Shown here piece by piece: positions 23,826 through 37,348 of a stretch of DNA of 64,000 nt. The translations under genes were made by a program, and so were the position numbers. A model generated the notes under the pieces. That model did no database searches. It saw only the letters and a program-made list of their open reading frames with translations, and was not told the DNA's origin. Origin of the DNA: Prorocentrum cordatum (Eukaryota); NCBI GenBank assembly GCA_963575745.1, contig CAUYUJ010000307.1:1-64000 (forward strand), given 5' to 3'. Numbering within the stretch: the first letter of the stretch is position 1; each line of letters opens with the position of its first letter.

Positions 23826-24659
23826 GGGGACGCGCAAGGGGTCCGAATGCGAATGCGGCCCGCTCCTGGTGAGGCTGCGTGGCACCCCCGCTGCAAAACA
23901 GCTCGAGGGACACCTTTCAGAGGAGGCAAAGGTACCCATTACCTCTATCTCCTTGCCGCTTTCCCCTTTTGTTGGGCCGCCTGGGAGGCCCTCGTTGCCA
24001 CCCCGGGATATGTCTGACAGCACCCCGGGATAGGTCTGGGGAGTAGCGGTATCGGTGCTTTTGGTTTCTCCAGCCTGGAGTGGGCGGAGGAAGCGCGTTC
24101 GGTTGTGTGCGCAGGAGCGCGCGCTCGCGCTCGCTTGCTGTGGGGTGGCCGCGGGCTGGCGAGGTCCTCCGCTCTCGTAGCCACGCGCAGGCCTGTCAGA
24201 CGAGTGTGCGTGGCGTCGGGGCGAGGACCGCACTTTGAGTGCGAGCTTGCCCCCCTCCGTGTAATTCTTGACGCTTCGCGCATCCCCGCCAGCCCATCTG
24301 GAAACGACGCCCAGGCGAGTTGCCTCGGGAAGGGCAGTGCAGAAGCATGCTGTGGAACAAGTTTTGGATCCGCCCGATCAGACCTGGGACGAGGACGAGG
24401 ACGAGGAGGAGGACGAGGAGGAGGATGAAAGGGGGGGGACGAGGGGGAGGACGAGGACGAGAAGGTAGACGAGGAGGAGGACAAGGATGAGAACGAGGAG
24501 GAAGAGGAGGATGAAAGAGAACAAGGAGGAGGAGGAGGAGGAGGAGAAGGAGGGCGAGGAGGCAGAGGACGGAGACGAAGAGGAGGTAGACATGGAGGAG
24601 GAGGAGGAGGAGGAGGAGGAGGAGGAGGAGGAGGAGGAGGAAGACGATAACGAAGACTC

Positions 24660-27600
24660 TGGCAGCCATCTCGGGGCCTCTTGGGAGCCCAAGTCTGGGA
24701 GCTATTTTGGAGGGTCTTTGGATGATTCCCTTTGCACTCTGTTTCTGGGGTCGTGGGGTCCTCCATGGACCCCTCCTGGTGGCCTCTTGGGAGCCACGGA
24801 TGGCCTCCTGGGGTCATCTTGGAGGGCGTCGATCGCAAGAGACTGGATCCTCGATTTCGGATCCCCCCTCAGGAACCCTCACAATCGCCCCTTGGGGGCC
24901 TCTTGGCACGCTCTTGGGCGCTTTTACGTCCGTCTTGGCGGCCTGCCTCTTGGGCCTCGCTTGGGCCCCCTGGTGAGACATCGTGGGGCCATCCTGAGGC
25001 TTCAACAGCCCGTCGGAAGCGAAAAGGCGATAAGGCACAACACAGTGATTTTCCAGGGGCTTCGAAGGGGCTTGGCCTCTTTGGAGTCTTTGGGGGGCTC
25101 CGAGAGCGCTTGGGTGCGTCTCGTGGCCCTCTTGGGGCCGTTCGGAGGTATGTCGAAAGCTATATTGAACAATCTTCAGCAATCTTGGGCCGTCGCATCG
25201 GGTCCCCCCGTCCAGACCCCTGAGAGAGGGTATGGGGGGTGGGGGGTAATCCCTTCCCCGAAGGGAAGGAGGAGTTTTTAGACGAGAGAAGGCAAATACC
25301 ATCAGACCACCTACGCCTTGAGAGCTAGTTGGGCTTCATACGTTTTTGAGACGAATGGGCGCGGGGCTGAGGCGCGAGCCGCATTTTGCAGAAGTGCGGG
25401 CCTCCGTCCGTGCAGCTGTTGCAGGCTTTGATTGCCAATGCGCGCGCTCAGGCGAGATCCGCATGTTTGGACCTCCTTGCAACTGTTCGCAAGCTTTTAC
25501 CAGCGAGTGCGCGTGGCGCTCGGGCGAGAGCCGCACTTTGAAACCGACTGGCCCTCCATCCGTGTAACTGTTGGATCTCTTGTTTACGAGAAGACGGCGC
25601 GCTGCAGAGATGCCTCAAGAGAAGCGCCTGGCCTGGTCCACGGGCCCGCCTGCTCGCGGGACACGGTGGAGTCATTTGTCCAGCTGGCTGTCCAGCATTC
25701 AGGGTGGCGACTCTGCTGTGGGCACGGGAGGCCGTCACATGTGACACCTCGTGCCCCCAGGCTTGGGAGAGCTGGACCATGCGACACACTCGTTCGCGTC
25801 GTGTCTCGTATCGGGGATTGTCTTCCCGTCTTCGTCATCTTCCTCCCTGTCGTCCCTCTTTCTCTTGGGCTCATGTGGGGCAGTCTTGTGGGTCTCTTGG
25901 GCCGCGGTCTTGTGAAACGCGGCAAGGTCGAACAAGTCAACCTGCCAGGTCGTAGGTGGGGCGGTGTGGTTAGTCGTTTGGTCCACTTTTTGACCGTCTT
26001 GGGGCCCTCTTGGGCCGTCTTGGAGCTCTCTTGGGCAGTCGTGGGGCCCTCTTAAGTCGTCTTGGAGCTCTCTTGGGCCGTCTTGGGGCCCTCGTGGCAG
26101 CCTGAGGGCTCTCTTGCGCCCCGTTGTGGCGCTGTCTTCTGGCCGTCCTCCGCAGGCTCCCTTGGGGCAAGCCCGGGGCACTCTCGGGGCCGTCCAGGGG
26201 CCCTCTCGGGCTGTCCTGAGGCCGTTGTCTTGAGGCTGTCTTGGATTATCGAAGACGCCTACGGCGAATCACCGCCGCCCCCTACCTACTATTGGAATCG
26301 CCCATGTGGCCGAGCGTTGTGGCAAGAGCTCTGCTAAGCTGTCGGGCCATGTGTTCCCCCAGCCGTGGTGGAAACCTGTCGGGGAACACTTGGGGGAGGA
26401 TGGTGGGGAAGAGGAGGAGGAGGAGAAGGAGGAGGAGAAGGAGGAGGAGGCATCTTGGGATCATCTGGGGGCCCTCTTGGGGCCTCCCGGGAGCTTCCTG
26501 GGAGCCTCTTATAGGCATCCTGGGAGCCTCCGTGGGCCTCTTGGGGGCCTTTGGGGGGCATCCTGGGGGCCTCCTTGGGTCTCTTCTGGGCCTATGGGGG
26601 GCTCTCGGGGGCCGCTTTGGCCGCTCCTGGCCCCCGTCGGAAGCCGTCTTCGGGGGCCCCTCTGGGCCGACTTTGGGGCCCTCTTCGGGCGCTTCAGGGC
26701 CGTCTTGGAGGCCCTCTTGGGCGTCTTGGAGGCCTCTTGGGCCGTCTATGGGCCCTTTTGGGGCCCTCTTGGAGGCTTCTTGGGCAGTCATGGGGCCATC
26801 TTGGAGGGCAGTCGTCTGGTTTTTTGCGTTTCCCATAATTAAACATTATGGGAAACGCAATTCCAGCCCATTAAGTGCAGTTTTTCGAGGGAAAATTGCG
26901 TTTCCCATAATTCGCAGGGCTTCGATCTTGGAGGCCTCTTGGGCGATCTTGGGGCGACCTTGGGGGCCTCTTGGGACGTCTTGGGCCGTCTGAAGGCCGA
27001 CAATGCGCAACTGACAAAATCCGTCAGAAAACTAAGGACAATCAATGATTTTGGCCACCTCGAGCCTTCCTGGAGGCTCTCTTGGAGGCTTCTTGAGCCG
27101 TCTTGGAGGCCTCTCGGGGGCCTCTTCGGCCGTCTTGGGCCATCCAGAGGCCATCTAAGGCCATCTTGGAGGCACCTTGGGCTGTCTTGGAGGCATCTTG
27201 GGGCCATCTCAGCCGTCTTGGAGGCCATCTTGGCCGTCTTTGAGGCACCTTGGAGGCCATCTTGGGCCACCTCGACCGTCTTGGAGGCCATTGAAGCCTT
27301 CTTGGACGATTTTTTCTGGACGTTGTGCGCGATGGCGCGCCGTTGCCGGTGGCCGGCGCGCCGGGCCGAAGCCCCGGGGGAGAGTTCTTGCGGACAAAAG
27401 CTAAAACCGAAACCGGTAGCATCTAGCACGCCGGGCACCCCTGTGGCAAGACCACAGGGGGGCGACGGATCGAAGACGCCAACAGCGAATCGCCGCCGCC
27501 CCTTGCCTTTTGGAATCGCCAAGGTGGCCGAGCGTTGTGGCAAGAGCTCTGCCCAGCTATCGGGCCATGTGTTCCCCCACCCCTTGTCGAAACGCTTCGG

Positions 27601-29560
27601 GGAACACTTGGGGGAGGATGGCGGGGAAGATCTGGAGGAGAAGGAAGAGGAGGATGAGGAGGAGGAGGAGGAGGAGGAGGAGAAGGAGGAGGAGGACGAG
27701 GGGGCATCTTGGGAGGCTCTGGGGGCACCCTTGGGGCCTCATTGGAGCTTCCTGGGAGCCTTTTGGAGGCATCTTTGGGGCCTCCTTGGGCCTCTTGGGG
27801 GCCTTAGGGGGGTTCTCGGGGACCTCTGTGGCAGTGTTGGGGCATTCCTGGCCCGTCTGACGCCGTCGGAAGCCGACTTGGGGGCCTCTCTGGGCCGACT
27901 TGGGGCCCCCTTTGGATGCTCCAAGGTCATCTTGGGGGCCATCTTGGGCGTCTTCGAGGCCTCTGGGGCCGTCTTGGGGCCCTCTTGAGGCCGTCTTCGG
28001 GGCCTGGGGCCATCTTGCTTGGAAGGTCTCGCGGGCGATCTTGGGGCGATCTTTGGGGGCTCTTGGGCCGTCTCGCGCCGTCGGAAGATCGAAAATAAGC
28101 AAATGCCCCAATCCTTCAAACACTGAGGGCAAATCACTGATTTTGGCCTCTTTGGGCTTTCCTGGAGGCCCTATTGGGGGCCTCTGGGGCCGTCTTGGAG
28201 ACCTCTTGGGGGCCTCTTGGGCCGTCTTGGGCCATCTTGGAGCCATCTTGGGCCGTCTTGATTGCCTCATGGCCCGTCGGACGCCGTCGGAAGCCGTCTT
28301 GAGGGTCTCTCTGGGCCGACTTGAGGCCCTCTTGGGGTGCTCCAGGGCCGTCTTGGAGGCCATCTTGGGCGTCTTGGAGGCCTCTTGGGCCATCTTGGGG
28401 CTCTCGTGGGACCGTCTTGGTGGCCTCTTGGGCTGTTCTGGGGCCATCTTGGAGGCCTCTTGGGCGATCTTGGGGCGACCTTTGGGGGCTCGTGGGCCGT
28501 CTCGGTCTGTCGGAAGGACGAAGAGGCGCAAATGACACACTTTTTCGAACACTAAGGAACAACAATGATCTTGGCCTCTTCGGGCCTTCCTGGAGGACCT
28601 CTTGGAGGCCTCTTGGCCGTCGTGGAGGCCTCCGTCTTGGAGGCCTCTCGGGGGCCTCTTGGGCCGTCTTGGGCCATCCGGAGGCCATCTAAGGCCATCT
28701 TGGAGGCATCTTGGGCTGTCTGGAGGCATCTTGGGGCCATCTTGGCCGTCTTGGAGGCCATCTTGGCCGTCTTTGAGGCATCTTGGAGGCCATCTTGGGC
28801 GTCCTGGAGGCCTCTTAGGCCGTCTTAGGGGGGATGTTTGTAAGAATTGCGCGCCTTCCGCGTGGCCGGCGGGACGGGCCGAAGCCCCAGGGAATCTTTT
28901 GGAAAAAGAGTTTAAGCCAAGTCAGACATCCAGCACGCCGAGCACCCCTGTGGCAAGACCACATGGGGGCGGCGGATCTAGTGTCCCTCGGCCCCGCCGT
29001 GCGTGGCCCTCTTTGCCCATCGTGGGGCCCTCTTGGCTCCGAACAGATCAGGCGACAAGCCGCGCCAAGCCGCGCCCAGCCCCAGGAGGAAAGATTGAGG
29101 CCCAGATGATCGGGGAAAGGACCCGAGGACTCGCCCACTCCGTGCCCAGCGGCACGGTGGCGGATGTTTGGGCCTTCTCGGGCCGTTTGAGGAGGACACT
29201 TCGAAGCCGCCCACGTCTCTGAAGAACGTTGGCGATACACATTTGTTTGGCCTTTTGAGGGTCCTGCTGGGAGACCTGGACGCCCTGTTGGGGCTTCTTG
29301 GGGGCCTCTCAGGCCACCTTGAGGACATCTTCGGCCGTCTCAGTCCATCTTGGACCGTCTTGGAAGCTCGAGTTGTCTTGAGCCATCGCTGGCCGTCTTT
29401 GGGCCAGCTATGAGGTCTTGGTGGCCGGTCTCGGCCGTCTTTGAAGCTCGGGGGCACGGATCCATAGTTTGTCTTGCAAGGGATCCTGGCCTCGGGAGCG
29501 CGGATCCATGGTTTTTGCCAAGGCCTCGGGGGCGTGGATCCATGGAGCCAAGGGAGCCTG
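24660..29560. repeat. Degenerate 10-11-bp GGCC(G/A)TCTTGG satellite with embedded larger modules (also ~18500-18720 and ~54000-54560)
   Basis: Very many TCTTGG units; a ~200-bp module ATCGAAGACGCC...TTGGAATCGCC...GGGCCATGTGTTCCCCC is duplicated at ~26245 and ~27468. Confidence 0.9.
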
Positions 29561-30749
29561 GCGGGATCCTGGCCTAGGGATCGTGGCCTCGGAGTGGTGG
29601 TGCACGCCACTGGACGCTAGTAGTGGGGGGCCCTGAGACGATCCAGTAAGCCTACCAGACGTCACTTGGTGGTCCACCACGACTCAGCGTGCCAGCCAGG
29701 AGGCACGGTGGCAGAGAAAGACGAGGAGGGGGAGGAGGAGAGGCGGGAGGAGGGGGAGGGGGAGAGGGGAGGGGAAGGAGGAGGAGGGGTGCGGAGTGAG
29801 GATTGCGTGAGGAGTGAGGAGTCAGGAGAAGGAGAAGGGGGAGAAGGAAGAGGAGGAGGAGAAGGAGGAGGAGGAGGAGGAGGAGGAGGAGAAGAAGGAG
29901 GAGGTGGAGGAGAAACACGGAGGAGGAGGAGGGGGGAGAGGAGGAGGAGGAGGAGGAGGGGAGGAGGAGGCGCGAGGGGGCATTTCGCCTCCACCCCCAT
30001 CCCCCTTGTGGAGGCCAGCGCCACCGCTCGGGAAGCCGAGCGCAAGAGGACGGAGGGCCCTCCAAGCCAGGGGCGCAGCGGAAGGCCAGGGGGGAATCAG
30101 GGAGGCAGGGAGGAGGAGAAGGACGAGGAGGAAGAGGAGGAGGAGAAGGATGAGGAGGAGGAGGAGGAGGAGGAGGAGGAGTAGAAGGATGAGGAGGAGG
30201 AGGAGGAGGAGGAGGAGGAGGAGGAGAAGGAGGAGGAGGAGGGGGAGGAGGGAGGAGGATGAGGAGGGAGGAGCGGAAGAAGTTTCGACGCCTGTCGGCT
30301 CCTTGCCGGCCGCACTGAGGGCCACGGCTGGTCCGCCTCTCGAAATCTCTGCCGGGACGCGGTTCAGGGGGCCCAGTCTGCTGGCGAAGAGGGGCGAACA
30401 TCCTGAGGGGGACAGTCAGGAGGGAAAGAAACACACAGACACAATTAATCTCGATTCCCAGGAAAATATGGGAAAATATGGGAAATGGGGGGAAGACAGA
30501 AACCCAGAAAATATGGGAAACTATGGGGAATATTTTTATGTGTGTGTATGTATTTGTGTGTCCTGGGGCCCCTTCAAGTTTGCTGGCGAAGAGGGGCGAA
30601 CATCATGAGGGGGACAGGGAGGATGGGAGGTGACGAGGAACAGGGAGAGGAGCAGCAACAGCAGAGGGCGGAGGATGACGCGGAGGCAGAGGAGGGGGGG
30701 AAGGGAGGGAGGGGAGCACAAGGGAGGGAGGATGGAACTGGGGATCGGT

Positions 30750-32310
<1,561 letters not shown>

Positions 32311-32609
32311 ATGGCGAGGCGGAGGAGGAGGAGAAGGAGGAGGAGGAGCAGCAGGAGGAGGAGGAGCAGGAGGAGGAGGAGCAGGAGGAGGAGGAGGAGG
32401 AGGAGGAGGAGGAGGAGAAAGGGGAGGAGGATGGCGGAGGAAACTGAAGGTACAAAAGGTCGAGGGGGGAGCCCGATGGCAACCCCGCCCAGGAACGTTT
32501 GGTTTCGCAGTCGGGGGCCCATCGCCGATCTATGGACGAAGTATCGCTGATTCCAGCTCGATCTTCCCCCCCCCCTTTGCCATTCCCCCTGAGCAGGGGG
32601 TCGGGCGGG

Positions 32610-33430
32610 GAGGGGACGGGGAGGAGGGGAGGGGGATGGGGGAGGCCGGGGAGGAGCCGAATGAGAAAAGACGCAACCCAAAGCACCATGTTGCGGAGGT
32701 CCGCCTCGGGAGGACGGGGAGGGCGGAGAGGAGATGAGGGGGGTGGGGGAGGACGGGGAGGAGAGGCGGGGGGAGGATGGGGGAGGCCAGGGGGGAGCCG
32801 AGGCAGAGACAGCGCAACTCAAAGCACAATGTCGCGGGGGTCCGCCTGGGGAGGAGGACGGGGAGGAGAAGGGGGGGAGGACGGGGAGGACAGGTGGGGG
32901 GGGGCACAGTGCTGCGGAGGTCCTGCCGGGGGCCCCCAACAGTGTTTGCTGCTGCCCTGCTCTGGTCCCTCCGAGGAGGCTGGTCAAGAAGCTGAGGCTC
33001 GAGATCAAGCCACTGGCCGCGAAGGCAGGCAGGCCACAACCGGGGGGGAGCCGGGGTCCTTCTCCCCCCAGGGGGGGGTGCCATCGGCCTCGGCGCCAGC
33101 CTCGCTGCCGACGAGGAAGAGCAGGATCGGACCGATGTATAAGATCGAGATCGGTTCGGGGAGGACACCCCAACGTTCGTGTTTCGGTTGGATGTTCCCC
33201 CCCTCCCCCTTGGGGGACCATCGGCCTCGGCGCCACCCTCTCCGTCGACGAGGAAGAGCATGGTCGGACCGAGGTATAAGATCGAGGTCGGTTCGGGGAG
33301 GGCACCCTGTGGTTCTTCGTGTTTGTTGGATGTTCCCCCCCCCATGGGGGGGCCATCGGCTTGGGCGCCGTCCTCTCTGTCGACGAGAAAGAAGAACCCT
33401 TCGTAATCATACAGTCAAGACGCTGAAATG
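32610..33430. repeat. Two adjacent tandem duplications (~135-bp and ~150-bp units)
   Basis: AAAGCAC.ATGT.GCGG.GGTCCGCC twice; TATAAGATCGAG.TCGGTTCGGGGAGG.CACCC twice. Confidence 0.75.
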
Positions 33431-36400
33431 AAGACCGCTTTGGGTTCTGAAGGGGCTGGCTGCTCATTGGGTAGATCCGTGGCTGTTCCTTTAGCCGTCC
33501 TCGTCGTGGCACCCTCCCTGGCACGATCCGCCCGCCAGGGAGGAGGCTCTAGCGCTAATCCAAGTGATCCGCGCGGAACTCCGACAGTCTATACACGTGC
33601 AGCAGTTTCCTCTTCTACTCTTTACGGATCGTCTATGCGATTGGTTTCTTCCAGGGGGGGGGGTACAGTCAAGACGCTGACATGAGGACCACATCGGGCG
33701 TATGAGGGGCCTCGGTTTTCGGGCCGTTCCTAAGACTTGGGTCGGGGAACCTGTTCGAAGCCGAGGCTTGCCGTTGCCAAGACAGAAAGCCCCTGCGTTC
33801 ATTACATGGCGGCACGATGGCTGCACGCTAGGTTCGCGTCGTGCCGACGCGCGACGACCCCGCCGGGGGCGGTCAAGGTTGAACGCCTCCGGTGGCGCAT
33901 AATCGGCTAAGATTGCAGGATCTGGCAATCGGAAAAATGCCGAACGATGCACGCCATGCCAGAGACCAGTGACCAATGACGGGGCCGTTACGACACGAAC
34001 CTGCCGTAGGTCGACTACACGGAAGAGTGGCCCTTCGCGGGAGTGACTTTTGGTGCGGGCTCACCGGACCCCCCCCATCGGTGAGCGCGTTGCGACAGTG
34101 GCTCCCTGCGCGATTGGATTGGCCACCTTGCGCCCCCCCTTTGGGATGCAACTCCTTGGAGGTCAAATCCGGCTTCGTCCGGCGCAATCCCGCTTACACA
34201 ATCCGGTGCAATTCCGCTCACTCCAGCTCAGCTCCGCTGGATTCCGTGGGCGGCCCGATCCGGCGCAGCAGCCCCTCATTGGGGCCGAGTCCTCCGACGA
34301 AGACCTCCCGGCAGCCGCTTCCCGAGTAGCCCTTTCTTTCCGCGCGACGGGGGGGACCACGCTGGCCTCGGGCCCCTCTTGTAGGGGCTTGCAGGCGAGC
34401 CCTGCCCCTGCCCCCCACGAGTTCTGAGGGGGAGAGTGGGGTTCCCTTCGTTCGGGAGCTCCCGAGCGAAGCGAACCCTCCCCCTCAGAACTCGTGGGGG
34501 GCAGGGCAGGGCTCGCATGTGGCCCCCCAGTGTCGCCGAGCAGGGAGCACGCCCCCCCCCCCCCCCTTGGCTGCGCCTGGCCGCGGAAGGTGAAGTCGAA
34601 GCGCGAGGAGCTCCGCGCCGCGGAAGTCGAGCTGGCGGCGGCCCTCGGACGCCCCGCGGGAAGGGCGCTGGCCTCCCTCCTCCCCCGTCGAGCTGCCCCT
34701 CGGGGCCGCAGGTGGAGGGGCGAGGGGGGGTCGAGGAGGAGCGCGCTGGGCCCACAGCTCGAGGAGCGAGGGGGGGGGGGTCGAGGAGACGCGGGCTGGA
34801 CCCACAGCTCGAGGAGCGAGGGGGGGGGGGGTCGAGGAGACGCGGGCTGGACACCCACAGCTCGAGGATCGGCGAGGATCGAGGCGGAGCGGGCTGGACC
34901 CGCAGGTCGAGGATCGAGGAGGTCGAGACAGCTCCCCCCCCCAGGCAGCCGGGCGCCTACGTCTCCGGCGGCGCCCCCCGGGGCACTCCGCGAGGGGGTG
35001 ATGAAGCCGCCTCGGGCCACTGGGGGGGGCCTGTTGGGGCGAGGGGTGGGGTGGGGGGGGGCTGTCTGTGCGCAGCCCGAAGCGCTTCCTGGGAGGCGAC
35101 AGGACCGAGGGTCTGGGGGCCGACGGCTGGAACTCAAGGCTGACGCCCTTCCACGCCCCCCCCCCCTCGTCTTCTCCCTCAAGCAGTGGCGAAGCGTCCT
35201 GGCGTGCCTATATAGGCCCACCAGAACATGGTATGATAACCTAGTGTGGTTTCTACGACATGGTATTCGAACATTCCTGGCCGGGACCGTCTTGTTTCAA
35301 TGCGTCGGGTTCATGTTCTCAGGACACTGTTTAGGTCCTCAGAACATGTCTCGGCTCCGAGAGCATCTCGTGGCAGGACTGCAGAAATGCCGGGACGGTC
35401 GGCCCCTGCTCAGCTCCCCTCCTCCTTCTCCTCCTCCTCCTCCTCCTCCTCCTCCTCCTCCGCCTCCGCCTCCGCCTCCTCCTCCTCCTCCTCCTCCTCC
35501 TCCTCCTCCTCCTCCTCCTCCTCCTCCTCCCTCCTCCCTCCTCCTCCTCCGCTCCTCCCTCCTCCTCCTCCTCCTCCTCCTCCTCCTCCTCCTCCTCCTC
35601 CTCCTCCTCCTCCTCCTCCTCCTCCTCCCCCTTTCTGCCCAGGGCCTCCTGGGGAGTGGCGCCTGGCTGCGTCGGGGGGCGGCGGGGCGCTCGCACGCGT
35701 GGGCCGTCGGGGCGCTGGGCCCGCCTGCGCGCACCCGGCGCCCGCCGCGCGTCCGGGCTGGTGGCCTACGACGGCCTCGAGTCAAAAGGCCCCCTTTCCC
35801 GCCTCCTCCTCCAACTCCTCCTCCTCCTCCTCCTCCTCCTCCTCCTCCTCACCCTCCTCCTCCTCCGCCTCCTCCTCCCTCCTCCTCCTCCTCCTCCTCC
35901 TCCTCCTCCTCCTCCCCTCCAACTCCTCCTCCGCCTCCGCCTCCTTCTCCTCCTCCTCCTCCTCCTCCTCCTCCTCCTCCTTCTCCTCCGCCTCCCGCCT
36001 CCTCCTCCTCCTCTCCTCCTCCTCCTCCTCCGCCCTCCTCCCTCCTCCTCCTCCTCCTCCCTCCTCCTCCTCCTCCTCCTCCTCCTCCTCCTCCTCCTCC
36101 TCCTTCGCCTCCTCGCCTGCCTATCAGCCTCTCGGGCTCGTCTCGGTCGCCGGGCCGTGCCGTGCCTCGCGCCCTGCCGGTCCTCGAGGCCGCCTCGCGG
36201 GCTGGGCGCCCGCCTGCGCCTCCTCGTCGAAGTGGCCGTCGGAGCCGCAGATCTCAGGAGGGGAAAAAAACATACAGACACAATGAATCGGTGATTCCCC
36301 AGGAAATATGGGAAATATGGGAAATATCGGGAATTCTATTATTTGGGTGTATCTATTTGTGTGTTTGTGGGCCCCTTCAAGATCGAGGATCGAGGGGGGT

Positions 36401-37281
36401 CGAGGAGGACTGAGTTGGACCCACATGCCGAGGATCGAGGAGGATCCAGGAGGATCGAGGAGGGCCGAGTTCGCCCGTCGGTGCTGAGGGGAAACTGGAC
36501 GCGAAGGCCAGCAAGATGGGCAAGTCCGTCGAGCGATTCAAGGCGCGGGGCGGTCTGCGGTGGACCTCCGCTCCGTCGGATGCCGGTGCTACACGATATT
36601 GTTGGCAGTCGCGCTCCGTCCTGCTGCGATCTGCGGTCAGGAACTTCGGCGTGGCGCGTCGCGCCGCCGGTTCTGGCCCACCACGCTTCGGAGCGGCACA
36701 GTGTCTACGGCCCAGTCCCCAGGCGTTCACGTCCCAGGCACTTCCCGGCCTGCCGTGCAGCGGAGCGGAGCGACACGCTATCCACTCGCAAGGCATAGCG
36801 TGTCGCTGGGGCCGCCGCCGCGACAAAATAAGCACACATCCCCGACCGTAGCCGTAGCACGTGTTATGCCAGATGTTGCGTGCAATCGCCCCATCAACCT
36901 GCCATTCGAGCCATCGGCCAGCCAACCCATCGACTAAACGTTTTCACTAAATGACAGTGGATGAAGGCAGACCGAGATGAAAGGGCGCGCCGCGAGGGGG
37001 TCGATTGCGGAGCCGAGGGAAGGAACAGTCTAGTCGCACAACTGTCAATCGAGCGCATGGGGGATGATGAAGATGATGAGACGCATGCCGAGGATGAGGA
37101 CTCGGAGGAGGATGATGAGGAGGGGGAGAGGGTGAGGGAGGGATGAGGATGAGGATGAGGATGATGAGGATGATGATGAGGATGATGGTGATCATGCTGC
37201 TGATGATGATGATGATGGTGATGGGGATGGTGATGGTGATGATGCTGATGATGATGATGCTGGTGATGATGATGATGATGC

Positions 37282-37348
<67 letters not shown>

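Noticed and set aside
36590..36700. CDLRSGTSAW resembling C5 DNA methyltransferase motif I
   Set aside because: No downstream PC or ENV motifs seen
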